Translations under genes and position numbers: made by a program
The notes under the pieces: model-generated
Databases searched by the model: none
The model's input: the letters and a program-made list of their open reading frames with translations, nothing else
Told to the model about the DNA's origin: nothing
Shown here: in pieces, positions 22,341 through 34,165 of the stretch
How positions within the stretch are numbered: position 1 is the stretch's first letter
How the letters are laid out: every line of letters begins with the position of its first letter
Assembly (NCBI GenBank): GCA_036785375.1
Contig: JAWMAR010000028.1
Coordinates: 11,098,001 to 11,162,000 of the forward strand
Length of the DNA stretch: 64,000 bases
DNA from: Leucoraja ocellata
Taxonomy: Eukaryota
Reading direction: 5' to 3'

Positions 22341-25300
22341 GTGAGCCTCTCTGTCGTGGCCTTGACCAAGGGTCTCCATCCATTCAACATGAGCCCGATC
22401 TATGAATTTCGATGACACCAGCCCAAGCTGCGAGAGCGTGTGGATACAACGCAGCCCAGAAGTGCGGCAAGGGGGGCTCCCCGCCGAGCTACAGGCCGGC
22501 GCATGGTGCACGCATCTGCATCGTAGCCTCCAGCTCAAAGCCCGAGATCGGCACCCGTTCCTTCTTATTATCTCTCAAGTTCCAAAAATCATTGGCAAAA
22601 TAATTCAATCTCCAACCCTGCTGGGTGTTCAGGTCGCGCCTGTAACTGAGAAGTTTAGTGTAGGGAGGAACCGCAGATGCAGGGTTATACCGAAGACAGA
22701 CACAGAGTGTTGGAGTAACTCAGCTGGTCAGGCAGCATCTCTGGGGGAAAGGAATAGGGTCGAAACCCTTCTTCAGACTGAGAGTCGGTGGGAGAGGGAA
22801 ACTAGAGGTAATACAAGGTTTAGAACAAATCAGATGGGGCACCGATGACCAAGGAATGTTGGAGCCCACAATGGTCCACTGTTGGCTGTGGGAGAGGTGA
22901 CAACGAACGGATATATAGATGCGAACAATGGAACTGGCAGGCCGGCTAGGATGGCATCTCTGGAGAAAAGGAATAGGTGATGGATGTTTGTGGTGGAAAT
23001 TCTTCTTCAGGATAAATTTCCAGTCGCCCATGAGAAGCGCGGCTCCGACACTCAAAGATACCGACCCCTTCCCCTATGTACTGACCCCTTCCTCCGTGTA
23101 CTGACCCCGCGGACCAGAAGTACGTGCACTCCCCGGAAGATGTAAAGATACTAAAGCGGTTACTCTGTAAATGCGACTTAAACCCGCCGCAGCCAAATGT
23201 TCAAGCCAAGTCAAGAGAGTTTATTATCATGTGTCCCAGATAGGACAATGAAACTTGCAAATTCACAGTGGCCTTTTCAGACTTGCAGTTTGTAATTCTA
23301 AACTTTACACAACAGGAAGACCAATCTAAATATTAACCACGGCTGAGATTTTTACTTTACACCATTTAAACCATTATCGTTCTTTGATTTTAAACGGGTT
23401 AACCTGGCCAGGTAACCCTGTTTTAAAATGCACCTTAACACACACAACTCCGCAATTGGATTGGAGGGATTCACGGGTGTGCTTCCCATTTCCCGAAATC
23501 GAAACTATTTTATCCGTGGTAAATGACGCCCTTTTTTTTTTACAAAAACACCGTGAACTTTAAGAGTTTCGAGGTGCAATTGACAGAGGGATATGCAGCG
23601 CTGCGAAATGGGGCAAATATCCTAGTTACACTGGGACCTCTTCTGCCCACTGACAACACTTAATCCCGCTCCGTGTAATTACTAACTGTGCCTCAAAATG
23701 ACTGAGCATGTAACTAAAAATTACCCCGCGCCCCATTCGCAAATGTTTACTCGTTGTCAAAAGCCGGCGCTCGGTTACCGCTAGGCACTTTGTTAATATG
23801 ATGAACACACTTTTGTCTCCAACACTTTTGTCATTTCTGCCTCTCGCGGCGTTCCGTCATCGTCTTTGTTTCTTTTTCTGTCTTTGCCTCCCTCTGTCTC
23901 TCCCTCACACCCCATATGCCTGTCCTGATATACAGTTTAAACTAATTGGTTTAGAATAAATCCTCTGACTGGCTGTTTTAGCCCCAGTCTCTGCTGTGCC
24001 AGCTGCTGCCTGTTTGATCACACCTTCATCCCAGACTGTACGGGGGTTCCTGTCTACGGAGCCTCTCTTCCCCGCTCCTCTGGGACCCCATATACGGCCG
24101 TTAGAGCGTGTGCAGAACATATAGAATAAATGTCCCAGCGAGATGCAATCTTCTAGCCAGCATCCTACCTGCAAATTAACTGATAGCTCGCCCTTTTGTC
24201 CCTCAGTACAACTATAATGCTGAACATTTATTAACTGGAGGAGCGTTTAATTTTTGTGTTGAACAGATTCAATTAGCAGTGCGCACTGCTTAGCGGGTAG
24301 ACGCATCGGCCAGATTGCCAGGGTTTAGCTCATAAGGCACAATTTCATGTGAAAATGAAGTCAATCAAGTGAAATAAGCAGTGATTTGTTTGTTGCTGGC
24401 ACGTCCTAGGATGTGCAGCAGGGCTGTTATTTGCTGTAAGTAATGCAATTAGCCGTTTGTACAGAAATCAGTGGTTTATATAAATAGACCAGCGATAGTT
24501 GTACATGTGTGCAGACATACTCGAGAGGAAATACCCATTATCGAGGATGTTTCTCATGGTGCTGTCACGTGTTAATATCCACAATTATTTTCATCGCTAT
24601 AATTTTTTTAATCTTACATCAGCCACTAGTGAATAGGGAAAGCGAAAGTCACAAGTATATCGGAGGCTAGATTAATGTAAAACACGGCGATTGAACCAAA
24701 GTAGAAAATGAGGACATTACACCTTGAGCTATATTTAAGAAGAATATCTGTAAATCTGTTAATGGTCATAACAAATTGTCTGGGTGTTCAGAATACATTA
24801 CATGATCTCGCCCCTAGCATGTTGTTATGTGATCTAATCGAATGCAATGTTATCCGATCCCATCACACCTAATATACTGTGGAGGAGTTCTATTCCAGAA
24901 TTGAACGATTGTATCGGGCGACAGGCAACCTTCTTCATTCTGCTAAAGTCCATGGCTCTTTGACACACGGCACAGTTCTGAGTTCGAAGTCAATCTATCC
25001 AAATACATTATGATATACCCAATCTGAATCTCACCTTTTGCAACATTAGATCTGTACGCAACCGTTTAATGGTCCCGGCTGTGGGGGGGAAGGGGAGGAT
25101 TTTAATGTTTTACATCCATTCTCGGCGATTTCACGTGGACATTAATGCACAAATAAAGAAGGTACATGCAAATATTATTCTAAGATAATAACCCCAACCA
25201 ATGGGAGGCCGTTAAATTCCACTAATGAATACGTATTTAACTCTAATTAACGACTATCTAATGAGGACTTTATGTAAATTCAAACAAACATTAAATATGA

Positions 25301-28300
25301 GGATCCCCCGCGCGCCTGAAGGCGAGTTATCCGTATGTCTGTGTAACACACAATAACACATTTTAGATTTCTTAATGTACTATTCTCGGATCTAAGGTTC
25401 CCACAAACAGAAGCGACGAGCGCTTTCAAACCGCTGCTGAAAGAATCAAGCCAAAGAATTCTCTCCCTCCATCCCAATATGACAGATAAAAGCTCAATCA
25501 TAACCCGGGCTTGATTGAATGAATTCAATTAACATGCTGTGAAGTCCGAGTACTTTCTTTCCCATTTGTTGTACAATACACTTCCTCTACTTCTATGCAA
25601 AACTGCAGGTGCATTAGAGACGAGGAGCTATTTTTCCATTTCGGGCAAGAGAAAAACGTTTTTAAATTTACATATCTGTCTATGCTCAATAGCACTATTA
25701 CCAGTAATTGGCCGGGTACAATAACATAACTCAAATATGGCGAAACCCATACATCTGTATTCATTTAATTAATTCTCTGATCTCCTGGTTCGCTCCATCA
25801 AGCGCAGTCAGGTACACGGGGCGATGGGCTGTTGACAAGCCGAGGCGATTGTCGGTTTTGTAACCCAGCTATCCGGACATTTCAAAATTATAACTTGAAA
25901 AAAAAACCGCGATTCATCCCAGCTCCATTTATCCAAATCCTCTATTTAATTTGCCGTTTACCCTCGCAGGTTCATAGTGTACGACACAGAAATACAAATT
26001 AACTTCCCTGCCTCAATGCAGGACGTGGCCACAACACGTGGGCTGATTATGTTTGCTGTTCAGATTGTTAGTGTATAGCTCTGGGTATTGTTTTGTACTA
26101 TATAACGGGGGCGGAAGGATAACTGCGCAAGACTGGATTATACTTTTTATACCGGCATAGCAACAATTTAGCAATATTTAGGAGAAGAAACCCATTGCAT
26201 TTAAAATAATAGAATTCACATGTTTTATTTAAAATATATAGTTACTATTGCACGGCTGTTGCAAATGTCCCTCAACACACGGAGGTTGTAATGTTTCCTA
26301 TTTGACGTTTTCTTACTTCAATTTAGATCGCAGCAATACAACGCCGGCCTTTGTCCAGATGAAATACTTCCTTTGGCTGCTCGTTAATTAATGATCCCCC
26401 AAGGATGATTGGGAAAGGTGAATTGGACGAGGTATATCCGCGCTTTATTCCAATTAACACAGCGTTGCAAAGCGGGGAAAGGCTGAAAGCTGAACGGTGT
26501 CTGGACTCATCAGACGTCTTGCATAGAATGCAAACACCGTTAAAGTTGCATCTCGATCATTAACACCGCGAATGCGCGCTTTAGCAGGATCTGAATGCTA
26601 GCTTGCATGCACAGTTTGAACAAAACGTTTCTCCAAAAGTATAAAAGTTAAAAATACAACTGAAATACTGATTGCTTAACTTTGGAATTTCCTATCTCGA
26701 AATTATTTTGGGGCATGCATTATTCAGGGGAGGTGGACTGCCGAATATCCCAATTACAACCTGAACGATTTTTAGTACGTTCAGTGTTTTCAGAAGAAGT
26801 ATTGTTTTTTTTAATTCAGTGCCGTGGTCCTATACTAACATTTCAATGTGATATTCACCAGTATGGCAACTTTGACATTGAAGAATAACAATCAGACGTG
26901 AACGCATGTCAAGTACAGAGACTAGAACAGCTCATATATTTACATATAACATTTAATTGTACACGATTGGCAGCGTAAATATATCATAAATGGGTTAAGA
27001 TATGTTTCGAATGTAATATTCCCCAAAAGAAATGTGCAAGTTTATCTCAGAGATAGGAATAGCAATTCGGAAAGCGTTTTACTGGAAATTAATCAAAATC
27101 TTAGTTCCGGAAGCAATCTCCGTTGTCCAAAGTGTGAGAGGAAACTCATTAAGTAACAGGTGAACGGGGCAAACACTAGATGCGATATTTTTTAGCAAAT
27201 GGACCAGAAGCTCAGACGAAACGGCGACAAAAAAAAAGTTTGAATTGATCTTTACGCCTTAGCTATGAAAAATCGGCTCAGGTTTGTAAATAGGACAAAA
27301 TGACATGCATATTAGCCACAGAGATCAGCCGCGGACAGTATACTTTGAAATGGTGCTTAATCTTCATGGAATTGATTTCTTTGCAAGAGCAGAGTGTTTC
27401 TGTGTGTGTTAAACACTCGAGCCAAAAAAGCAAGGCCGACATGGAAGAACTATGTCCAAACACAAAGGCTAAATGCGGTGCCATGTTTAGCCAGAGGCCT
27501 GGCGTGGACATCATATATTTTAAAGAACCCGATTCTCGCAGATCTTTGAGAAGCCACAATGTTCCACACTTCCTGGCCGTGTGCTTTGTGGTTTAATTGT
27601 GCAATATGGACGGGGAGAGAGAGGATGGGCACAGAAGATTCAAGGAGTGGTTGGTGGTGATGTTTCCATCACCCCACAAAATCAGCCCCCATCCCAGCCC
27701 CGCTCCTTCACCCGCTGCAGCCCATTGGAAAAACCCTCCCATCTGGGCGATGAACCGATCACGCTGAATATTTGTTCCCAGTGCCAGTTTCATTCATCTA
27801 AACCCTCTTTAACTCACGCTGCCTCGCTAGTCCCCAACTATAAAACCTCTGCTATTCATTAATCAAACGACCAACACTGGGACACGACGGGGCCAACTAA
27901 TTGCCGAAATGGGTAACTCGAAGAACATTTTGAGACGCAAATATCCGTAGCGTTTGTTTTTCACGACAGCATTTACCACAAAAAAAAAACCCCTCCAAAT
28001 ACCGGGAAACGGTTTTTGTTTGCCCATTGGCCAGAATTCAGGTGGCATGGGATTCCGGCTTTTCGCGGCGTCAATGGGTCGTTATATTAACAATATTCAA
28101 CCATATTCAACCGCTCACCGTTTCCCTTCAATGGCCAAATTATTGATCGTAATTCAACTCCATACACGAATGATAGGTGCTTGGAAATCGCACCCGACTC
28201 GGGTTGCTGGAGATTACACTGTTTGTGCTGATTCTTATTTACTCGTTTTGGGTGTTATTTGTTGAGATTAATATTGTACTCCAGCGCTCTTGGTGAAATT

Positions 28301-29989
28301 AACGATTTTTAAAAANNNNNNNNNNNNNNNNNNNNNNNNNNNNNNNNNNNNNNNNNNNNNNNNNNNNNNNNNNNNNNNNNNNNNNNNNNNNNNNNNNNNN
28401 NNNNNNNNNNNNNNNNNNNNNNNNNNNNNNNNNNNNNNNNNNNNNNNNNNNNNNNNNNNNNNNNNNNNNNNNNNNACAGAGTTGCAGGTTTGTAGAAACC
28501 GAGCAGTTACACAATGTGTGATATGCAGGTGACCCGGCTGGGTGCATGCAATACTACCTGGCTGTTTGTTCATCGTGGTCCCCATAGATTTCAGCGTCTG
28601 CAACCAGGAGGGTCGGAATGGCGTTGCCAGCCAAGTCCGAAGGGGTAAATATTCATGCCTTTTGTCAAGAAAGCAGCAAGTATTGCTTGCGCGCGTTGCT
28701 CCTGACCTTACAATCCCGTCCCGGCAATAAATAGGACGTTTGACAAAAGTGCAACTCACCCGTTGCATAGATGGGTTCGGTTCCAGCAGGGAAGCGGGTG
28801 TTGAGGGTGGAGAGTGGTGGCAATGATCCTCCGGCGGCTCGGGTTTGGGCAAGTGGCTGGCGAGCTGGCTTGCCCCTGCTAATTACAATGAAAGAGCGGC
28901 GTGTGTAGAGTGTTCCCGCATTGTGCCCGCAGTCGGAACGCCGGCCTCGCTATATAACTGACGTGAAGGTGCCTTGACCCGCCTCCGGCAAACCACCGGG
29001 TCTTTATTCTTGTTATTTATTGATCTGTACCCGGCCCGCAACACAAAGCAAACAGAGTTTTCAGCAAAGAATGGCCTTATCTTCTTTCTAAATATCACCG
29101 TTTCCATATGAAGTGTATATTTGCAATCTGAGTTACTCCAGCACTTTGTTTTTTCTCTCTCTTGCAAACCAGCATCTGCAGTTGCTTGTGTCTCAAAGTT
29201 TATCTTTCTACCTTGCCTTTATTTTGTAAGGAAGGAGGAACACTGAAGAAGGGTTCCGATCCGAAATGTCACCTATTCCACACATGCTGCCTGACCCGCT
29301 GAGTTACTCCAGCACTTGGTGTCTATCTTCAGTAACATCCATCTAATTCGGTTCTTGTCAAAGTTGTTCTATTGGCCACCGTGCTTGCACTCTGGCCAGT
29401 AACAACATCCCACCCAATAATTTGGTGCTTGTAAGGTCTTTTTTGCATCTATTGAAGTTGTTTAGACTTGTACACTCGTTGGCTAATCACATAGACCAGT
29501 GGAGACTCAAATATCGTGCCTCACCCCCAATATCCATCCCCGAAGTCCTTTTAAAAATATACTTTGAAAGCGTGTGCTCGTTCGCTCTCAATGAGCCAGA
29601 TTTAATATTTATCTGTAAACAAGTGAAAGCAGTTTAGGGTTGTCGCTGGCGCTAATAACGACTGTTCCTGCTCCCTCGCCAACACCATGATGATATATTG
29701 CTGAACTTACCGCGACGTGAACAGGTCACCCCACCGGGATGGTCTGGATAGGAGACGTATTCGGAAGTCGTGCTGGCCAACGTCGTGTTCATTGTTCTTA
29801 TTGCATTAGCCACGAGCAACATAAAACGTTTCAGACAACGGAAAGGATCCATTTTACGTGCGAATTCTTGATTCGCTATAGACTGTGTTGGATCAATACT
29901 CGCTTTGGTATTGGCACGTTGGGCTGGTGACTGACCCAAATGTCTTAGATTGAACTATTGATCGGATACAAAGAGTGACTTGAACAATA

Positions 29990-30210
29990 TTCACCCAGAG
30001 AGTGGTGGGTATAAGGAACCAGTTGCCAGAGGAGATAGTCGAGGCGAATGCTATAACAATATATAAAATATACTTGAACAGGTACACGGATAGGAAAGGT
30101 TTGGAGGCATATGAGCCAAAGACGGGCAGGTGGAACTAGTGTAGATGAGGCAACTTGATCTGCATGGGCAAGTTGGGCCGAAGGGCTCGTTTCCGTGCTG
30201 TATGACTCTA
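29990..30210 (+). mobile_element. CR1-type LINE 3' end (copy 2 at ~60631-60850)
   Basis: ttcacccagagagtggtgggtata...ttgggccgaagggctcgtttccgtgctgtatgactcta. Confidence 0.8.
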
Positions 30211-30544
30211 AGGCTCTAGAATATATATGTTTCAAGATTGATTGGTATAGTGTGTGGTATTAAAGTGTTGTCTATTAAAGTGACATTTTAAGAAGTTTAA
30301 GTTATTATTTATAAGACATGTATACACGACACCCAGGCTACGGTACATGGAAAACCAGTGCATCTTATATATAGGACTACGAACTTGAACGACTAATTGT
30401 AGGTGGAATCACACGACTGCAATCACACGATTGTATGTATAACAGTGTCTATCGCCGTTGGGATGGCAATGTCCATTAAAGCAACGTCCTCACAAAACTG
30501 TCCGCAGGCTGTAGACCAAATTATCACCATTTGGTCCAATGGTG

Positions 30545-30950
30545 TTTGACGGCACTGGGCCTGTACTCGCGGGAGTTTAGAACGACGAGGGGGAACCTCA
30601 TTGAGACTTACCGAACAGTGAAAGGCCTGGATAGAGTGGACGTGGAGATGGTGTTTCCACTAGAAGGAGAGTCTAAGACCAGAGGTCATAGCCTCAGAAT
30701 AAAAGGACGTACATTTAGAAAGGAGAGGAATTTCTTCAGTCAGAGGGTGGAGAATCTGTGGAATTCATTGCCACAGACGGCTGTGGAGCCGTCGATAGAT
30801 ATTTTTAAGACGGAGATTGACAGATTCTTGATTAGCACGGGTGTCCCGGGCTATGGGGCGAAGGCAGGAGAATGGGTTGAGAGGGAAAGATAGAACAGCC
30901 ATGATTGAATGCCGGAGTAGACCTGATGGGCCGAACGGCCCAATTCTGTT
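30545..30950 (+). mobile_element. CR1-type LINE 3' fragment (copy 2 at ~61185-61590)
   Basis: ORF 30531-30893 contains LGLYSREFRTTRGNLIETY...KTRGHSLRIKG...FFSQRVENLWNSLP. Confidence 0.9.
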
Positions 30951-31509
30951 CCTAGAACTAGAAGCTGTCACACTGCATCTGCATATTATCATATGATAAA
31001 AAACAGAAAATGCTGGAGTAACTCCGCGGGTTGGGCAGCGTCTCTGGAGAATAGGTGACGTTTCGGGTCGGGACCCCTGTTCAGATATGAAACGTCACTT
31101 ATCCACGTTATCCAGAGATGTTGCCTGACCCGCTGAGTTACTCCAACACTTTGTATCTTTTTGTTTGTAGACCAGCATCTATCTGCAATTACCGGTGTCT
31201 ATATTCTCATACGAAGCCCTCTGCAACCGTTTTGGCCAAGAAGTATCGACCTGTCTATTGTGATCCAATCGCCAAACAATTCGCCGTGTAAACAATGCCA
31301 TGTGAACTGAACATACAGTATGATCTAGAATGGTGAGTTTGGGCACCCGTCGTATAAAGGTACAAACAGTGACTTGAACGAGATTTTTTAACAGATTGAT
31401 TAATAGACAGAGGCGATGCAAGGCCGTCTATTACAACGAATAACAAAATATTTTCTAAAGGCATATATACCTACCTTCCAGGAATAAACGAAACCTTAAG
31501 GTAAACACA

Positions 31510-31740
31510 TAACATAGAGCATAGAACAGTACAGGACAGGGACAGGCCATTCGGCCCACGGTCTGTACTGAACATGATGTCAAATTAATCTAATCTCCTC
31601 TACCTGCATGTGATCCATTTCCCTCCATTTCCTGCATATCCATGTGCTCGTCCAAAGCCTCTTAAACGCCACTTTTGTGTCTGCCTCCACCACCACCCTT
31701 TGTATTAAAAACCTGCCCCGCACATCTCCATTAAACTTTA
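31510..31740 (-). mobile_element. Degraded CR1-type 3' end (copy 2 at ~62143-62373)
   Basis: catagaacagtacaggacagggacaggccattcggcccac...tctgcctccaccaccacc. Confidence 0.7.
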
Positions 31741-32239
31741 ACAGGAAATTGTCCTCTGATACGAATATTTATTTGTCCGTCCTGACGTTGTTTGCAACAC
31801 AGAATACAATACAGGAGATACAAGGAACTGCAGATGCTGGATTGCAAAAAAAAAATACACAAAGTGCTGGAGTAACTCAGCGGGACAGGCGGCATCTCTG
31901 GAGAACATGGATAGGTGGCGTTTCATGTCGGGACTTTTTCCAGACTGATATGTTCCTTGGTCTGTTATACAATATGTTAGTTGATTTCTGGCAATAATGT
32001 CAGAAGATTTCCTTGAATTTTATGAAATGTTTTTTGAAACAGAGTCATTTGCGTAACGCGGTAACAACGAGTTCTTCATACATTTATTTCGACAATTATG
32101 GAGTCATTGCAAAATACTCTCGACTGAGCATCATGTAATGATCAACCCGGCGATGTTGTCTTCGAATAAGATCACGGATCGATGCCACCAGAGGTTTTCA
32201 TTTCTTTACATCGTGACCCGGACAACTGATAAGTTCTCC

Positions 32240-32925
32240 GAAGGCAGACACAAAATGCTGGAGTAACTCAACAGGACAGGCAGCATCTCTGGAGAGAAGG
32301 AATGGGTGACGGTTCTGGTCGAAACCCTTCTGAGAGTCGGGGGGCGGGGGGGCGGGGGTGGGGGGGGGAGACTAGAGATATGGAAGGGTAAGATGTGAAA
32401 TAGACAGATCAAATGAGATGTTCAAGAAGGAACTGCAGATGCTGGAAATCGAAGGTCGACAAAAGTGCTGGAGAAACTCAGCGGGTGCGGCAGCATCTAT
32501 GGAGCGAAGGAAATAGGCAACGTTTCGGGCCGAACCCCTTCTTCAGCGGAGATGCTGTAAAGGAAATGTTGAAAGGTCATTGTTAGGACGGAACTGGGTC
32601 TGATGGAATGGTCTCGACCCGAAATATCACCTATTCCTTCTCTCCGAGATGCTGTCTGATCCACTGAGTTACTCCAGCTTTTTGTGTCTATACATGGGTC
32701 AGTGTTGACTGAGGGGAAGTTCTCCGCTCGCTGGTTAAACTCGTGAACTAACCAGCATCCAAGGGCCGTGTGGCACGTGGTTCCATCCTTTAGCCTTCAC
32801 TGTCGTGCAGAGTGAAGAAAACTTCCAGCAAGTGATCAATTCCAATGCCTGACCCGCTGACTTACTCCAATATCTTCTGTCTACCTTCGGTTTAAACCAG
32901 CATCTGCAGTTCCTTCCTACACAAT
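32240..32925. mobile_element. Dense cluster of Penelope-like fragments in both orientations (copy 2 at ~62875-63560)
   Basis: At least four gctggag(t/a)aactca / tgagttactccagc units; a hammerhead-like motif lies at 32519-32546 (-). Confidence 0.72.
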
Positions 32926-33965
32926 TCAAATGGGTCTCCAGGGGTGTTTCAAAGTGGCATCGCACTTAGATGGGAGTTTAATTTATTTTTGGGCCTTGTC
33001 ATTAAACTGTCATTGATAAGAACCGATGAGTTGTGGATTACAGTAAAGCGGGCAGCGACCCGGCGAACAACAATCCAAGTGTAACTACACGTTCCCTGGA
33101 AGCTGAGTTTTGAGCAACTTTCTACCCCCCCCCCAGCTAAAGCCGCACGACATCTTCCTGTTTCAAGAGTGCTTTCTGCATCTGCAACAAAAAACATCTT
33201 CAAAGTTAAAAACTTTTGGAATGACATAAATAAATTGGTGATTATATCCATTAAATAATGACAGCGATAGCTGGGTAGCACGCGTCCATTGCAATGTCAT
33301 TACTCGGTCACGTTCATTGATTGATTGACACCGCGGCCCTTTCCACAATGTAGCGCCCCAGTTCCAGAGACAAAGTCCAATGTTGGCAACTGGGTAGATG
33401 TGAATCGGACAGTACCCTAGCTTAGGGAAGGACCGTGGGGAAGCACGATAACAGCAAGAATTTCGTTGTTAAATTTCGCTGTATTAAACATTTAACACTT
33501 GTATAGGAAGGAACTGCAGGTGCTGGTCTAAACCGAAAATGGACACAAAGTGCTGGAGTAACTCAGCGGGTCAAGCAGCATCTCTGGATAGCATGGAGAG
33601 GTGACGTTTCAGGTCGGGACCCCTCTTCAGACTGGGACATTAACACGTTTGACTGGCTTGCCTCTTGATGCATTTTCTAAATTCCATCGTCTCCTGGTGA
33701 AGGGTTGTGGATACAACGTTGAGACGTGGATAACGCCCTGGGTCTGAATCCCGGCGTCTCAATGTGGTCTTTGATGTGGTCTCTCTGAGAACATGGCTCA
33801 TGTGAATGCTTCTGAACCCAACAACCACCACTTATTCTCACCTAGTCCACGATATTTCTATCCACTCCCCCCCACCCCCCAACCATATTCATCGCACCTC
33901 AGAAACACCCCTTGCCAGAATATAGTTATGGAGTCACACAGAGTAAAAGCAGACTTAAAAATAAA

Positions 33966-34165
33966 NNNNNNNNNNNNNNNNNNNNNNNNNNNNNNNNNNN
34001 NNNNNNNNNNNNNNNNNNNNNNNNNNNNNNNNNNNNNNNNNNNNNNNNNNNNNNNNNNNNNNNNNNNNNNNNNNNNNNNNNNNNNNNNNNNNNNNNNNNN
34101 NNNNNNNNNNNNNNNNNNNNNNNNNNNNNNNNNNNNNNNNNNNNNNNNNNNNNNNNNNNNNNNNN
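33966..34165. other. Assembly gap of exactly 200 N at the junction between the copies
   Basis: A round-number N run whose flanks are not simple repeats; the homologous position in copy 1 (around 4070) is ordinary sequence. Confidence 0.9.

Larger units (their letters stand above)
4071..33345 (+). repeat. Copy 1 of a ~30-kb direct duplication
   Basis: catatttccacttagctataaaagatggg at 4071 recurs at 34166. The match is colinear until 33345, which corresponds to the window end (64000). The offset grows from 30095 to 30655 through indels. Confidence 0.98.

Noticed and set aside
23905-24174. Minus-strand ORF as the MLNGTTLEA-type first exon or a separate gene
   Set aside because: There is no similarity to that peptide and no convincing donor; it is more likely non-coding regulatory sequence.
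29000-33960. Exons of the neighbours of mammalian LHX9 (C1orf53, DENND1B, NEK7)
   Set aside because: I found no recognisable peptide match in the ORF track or by eye. Small exons could have been missed without tBLASTn.
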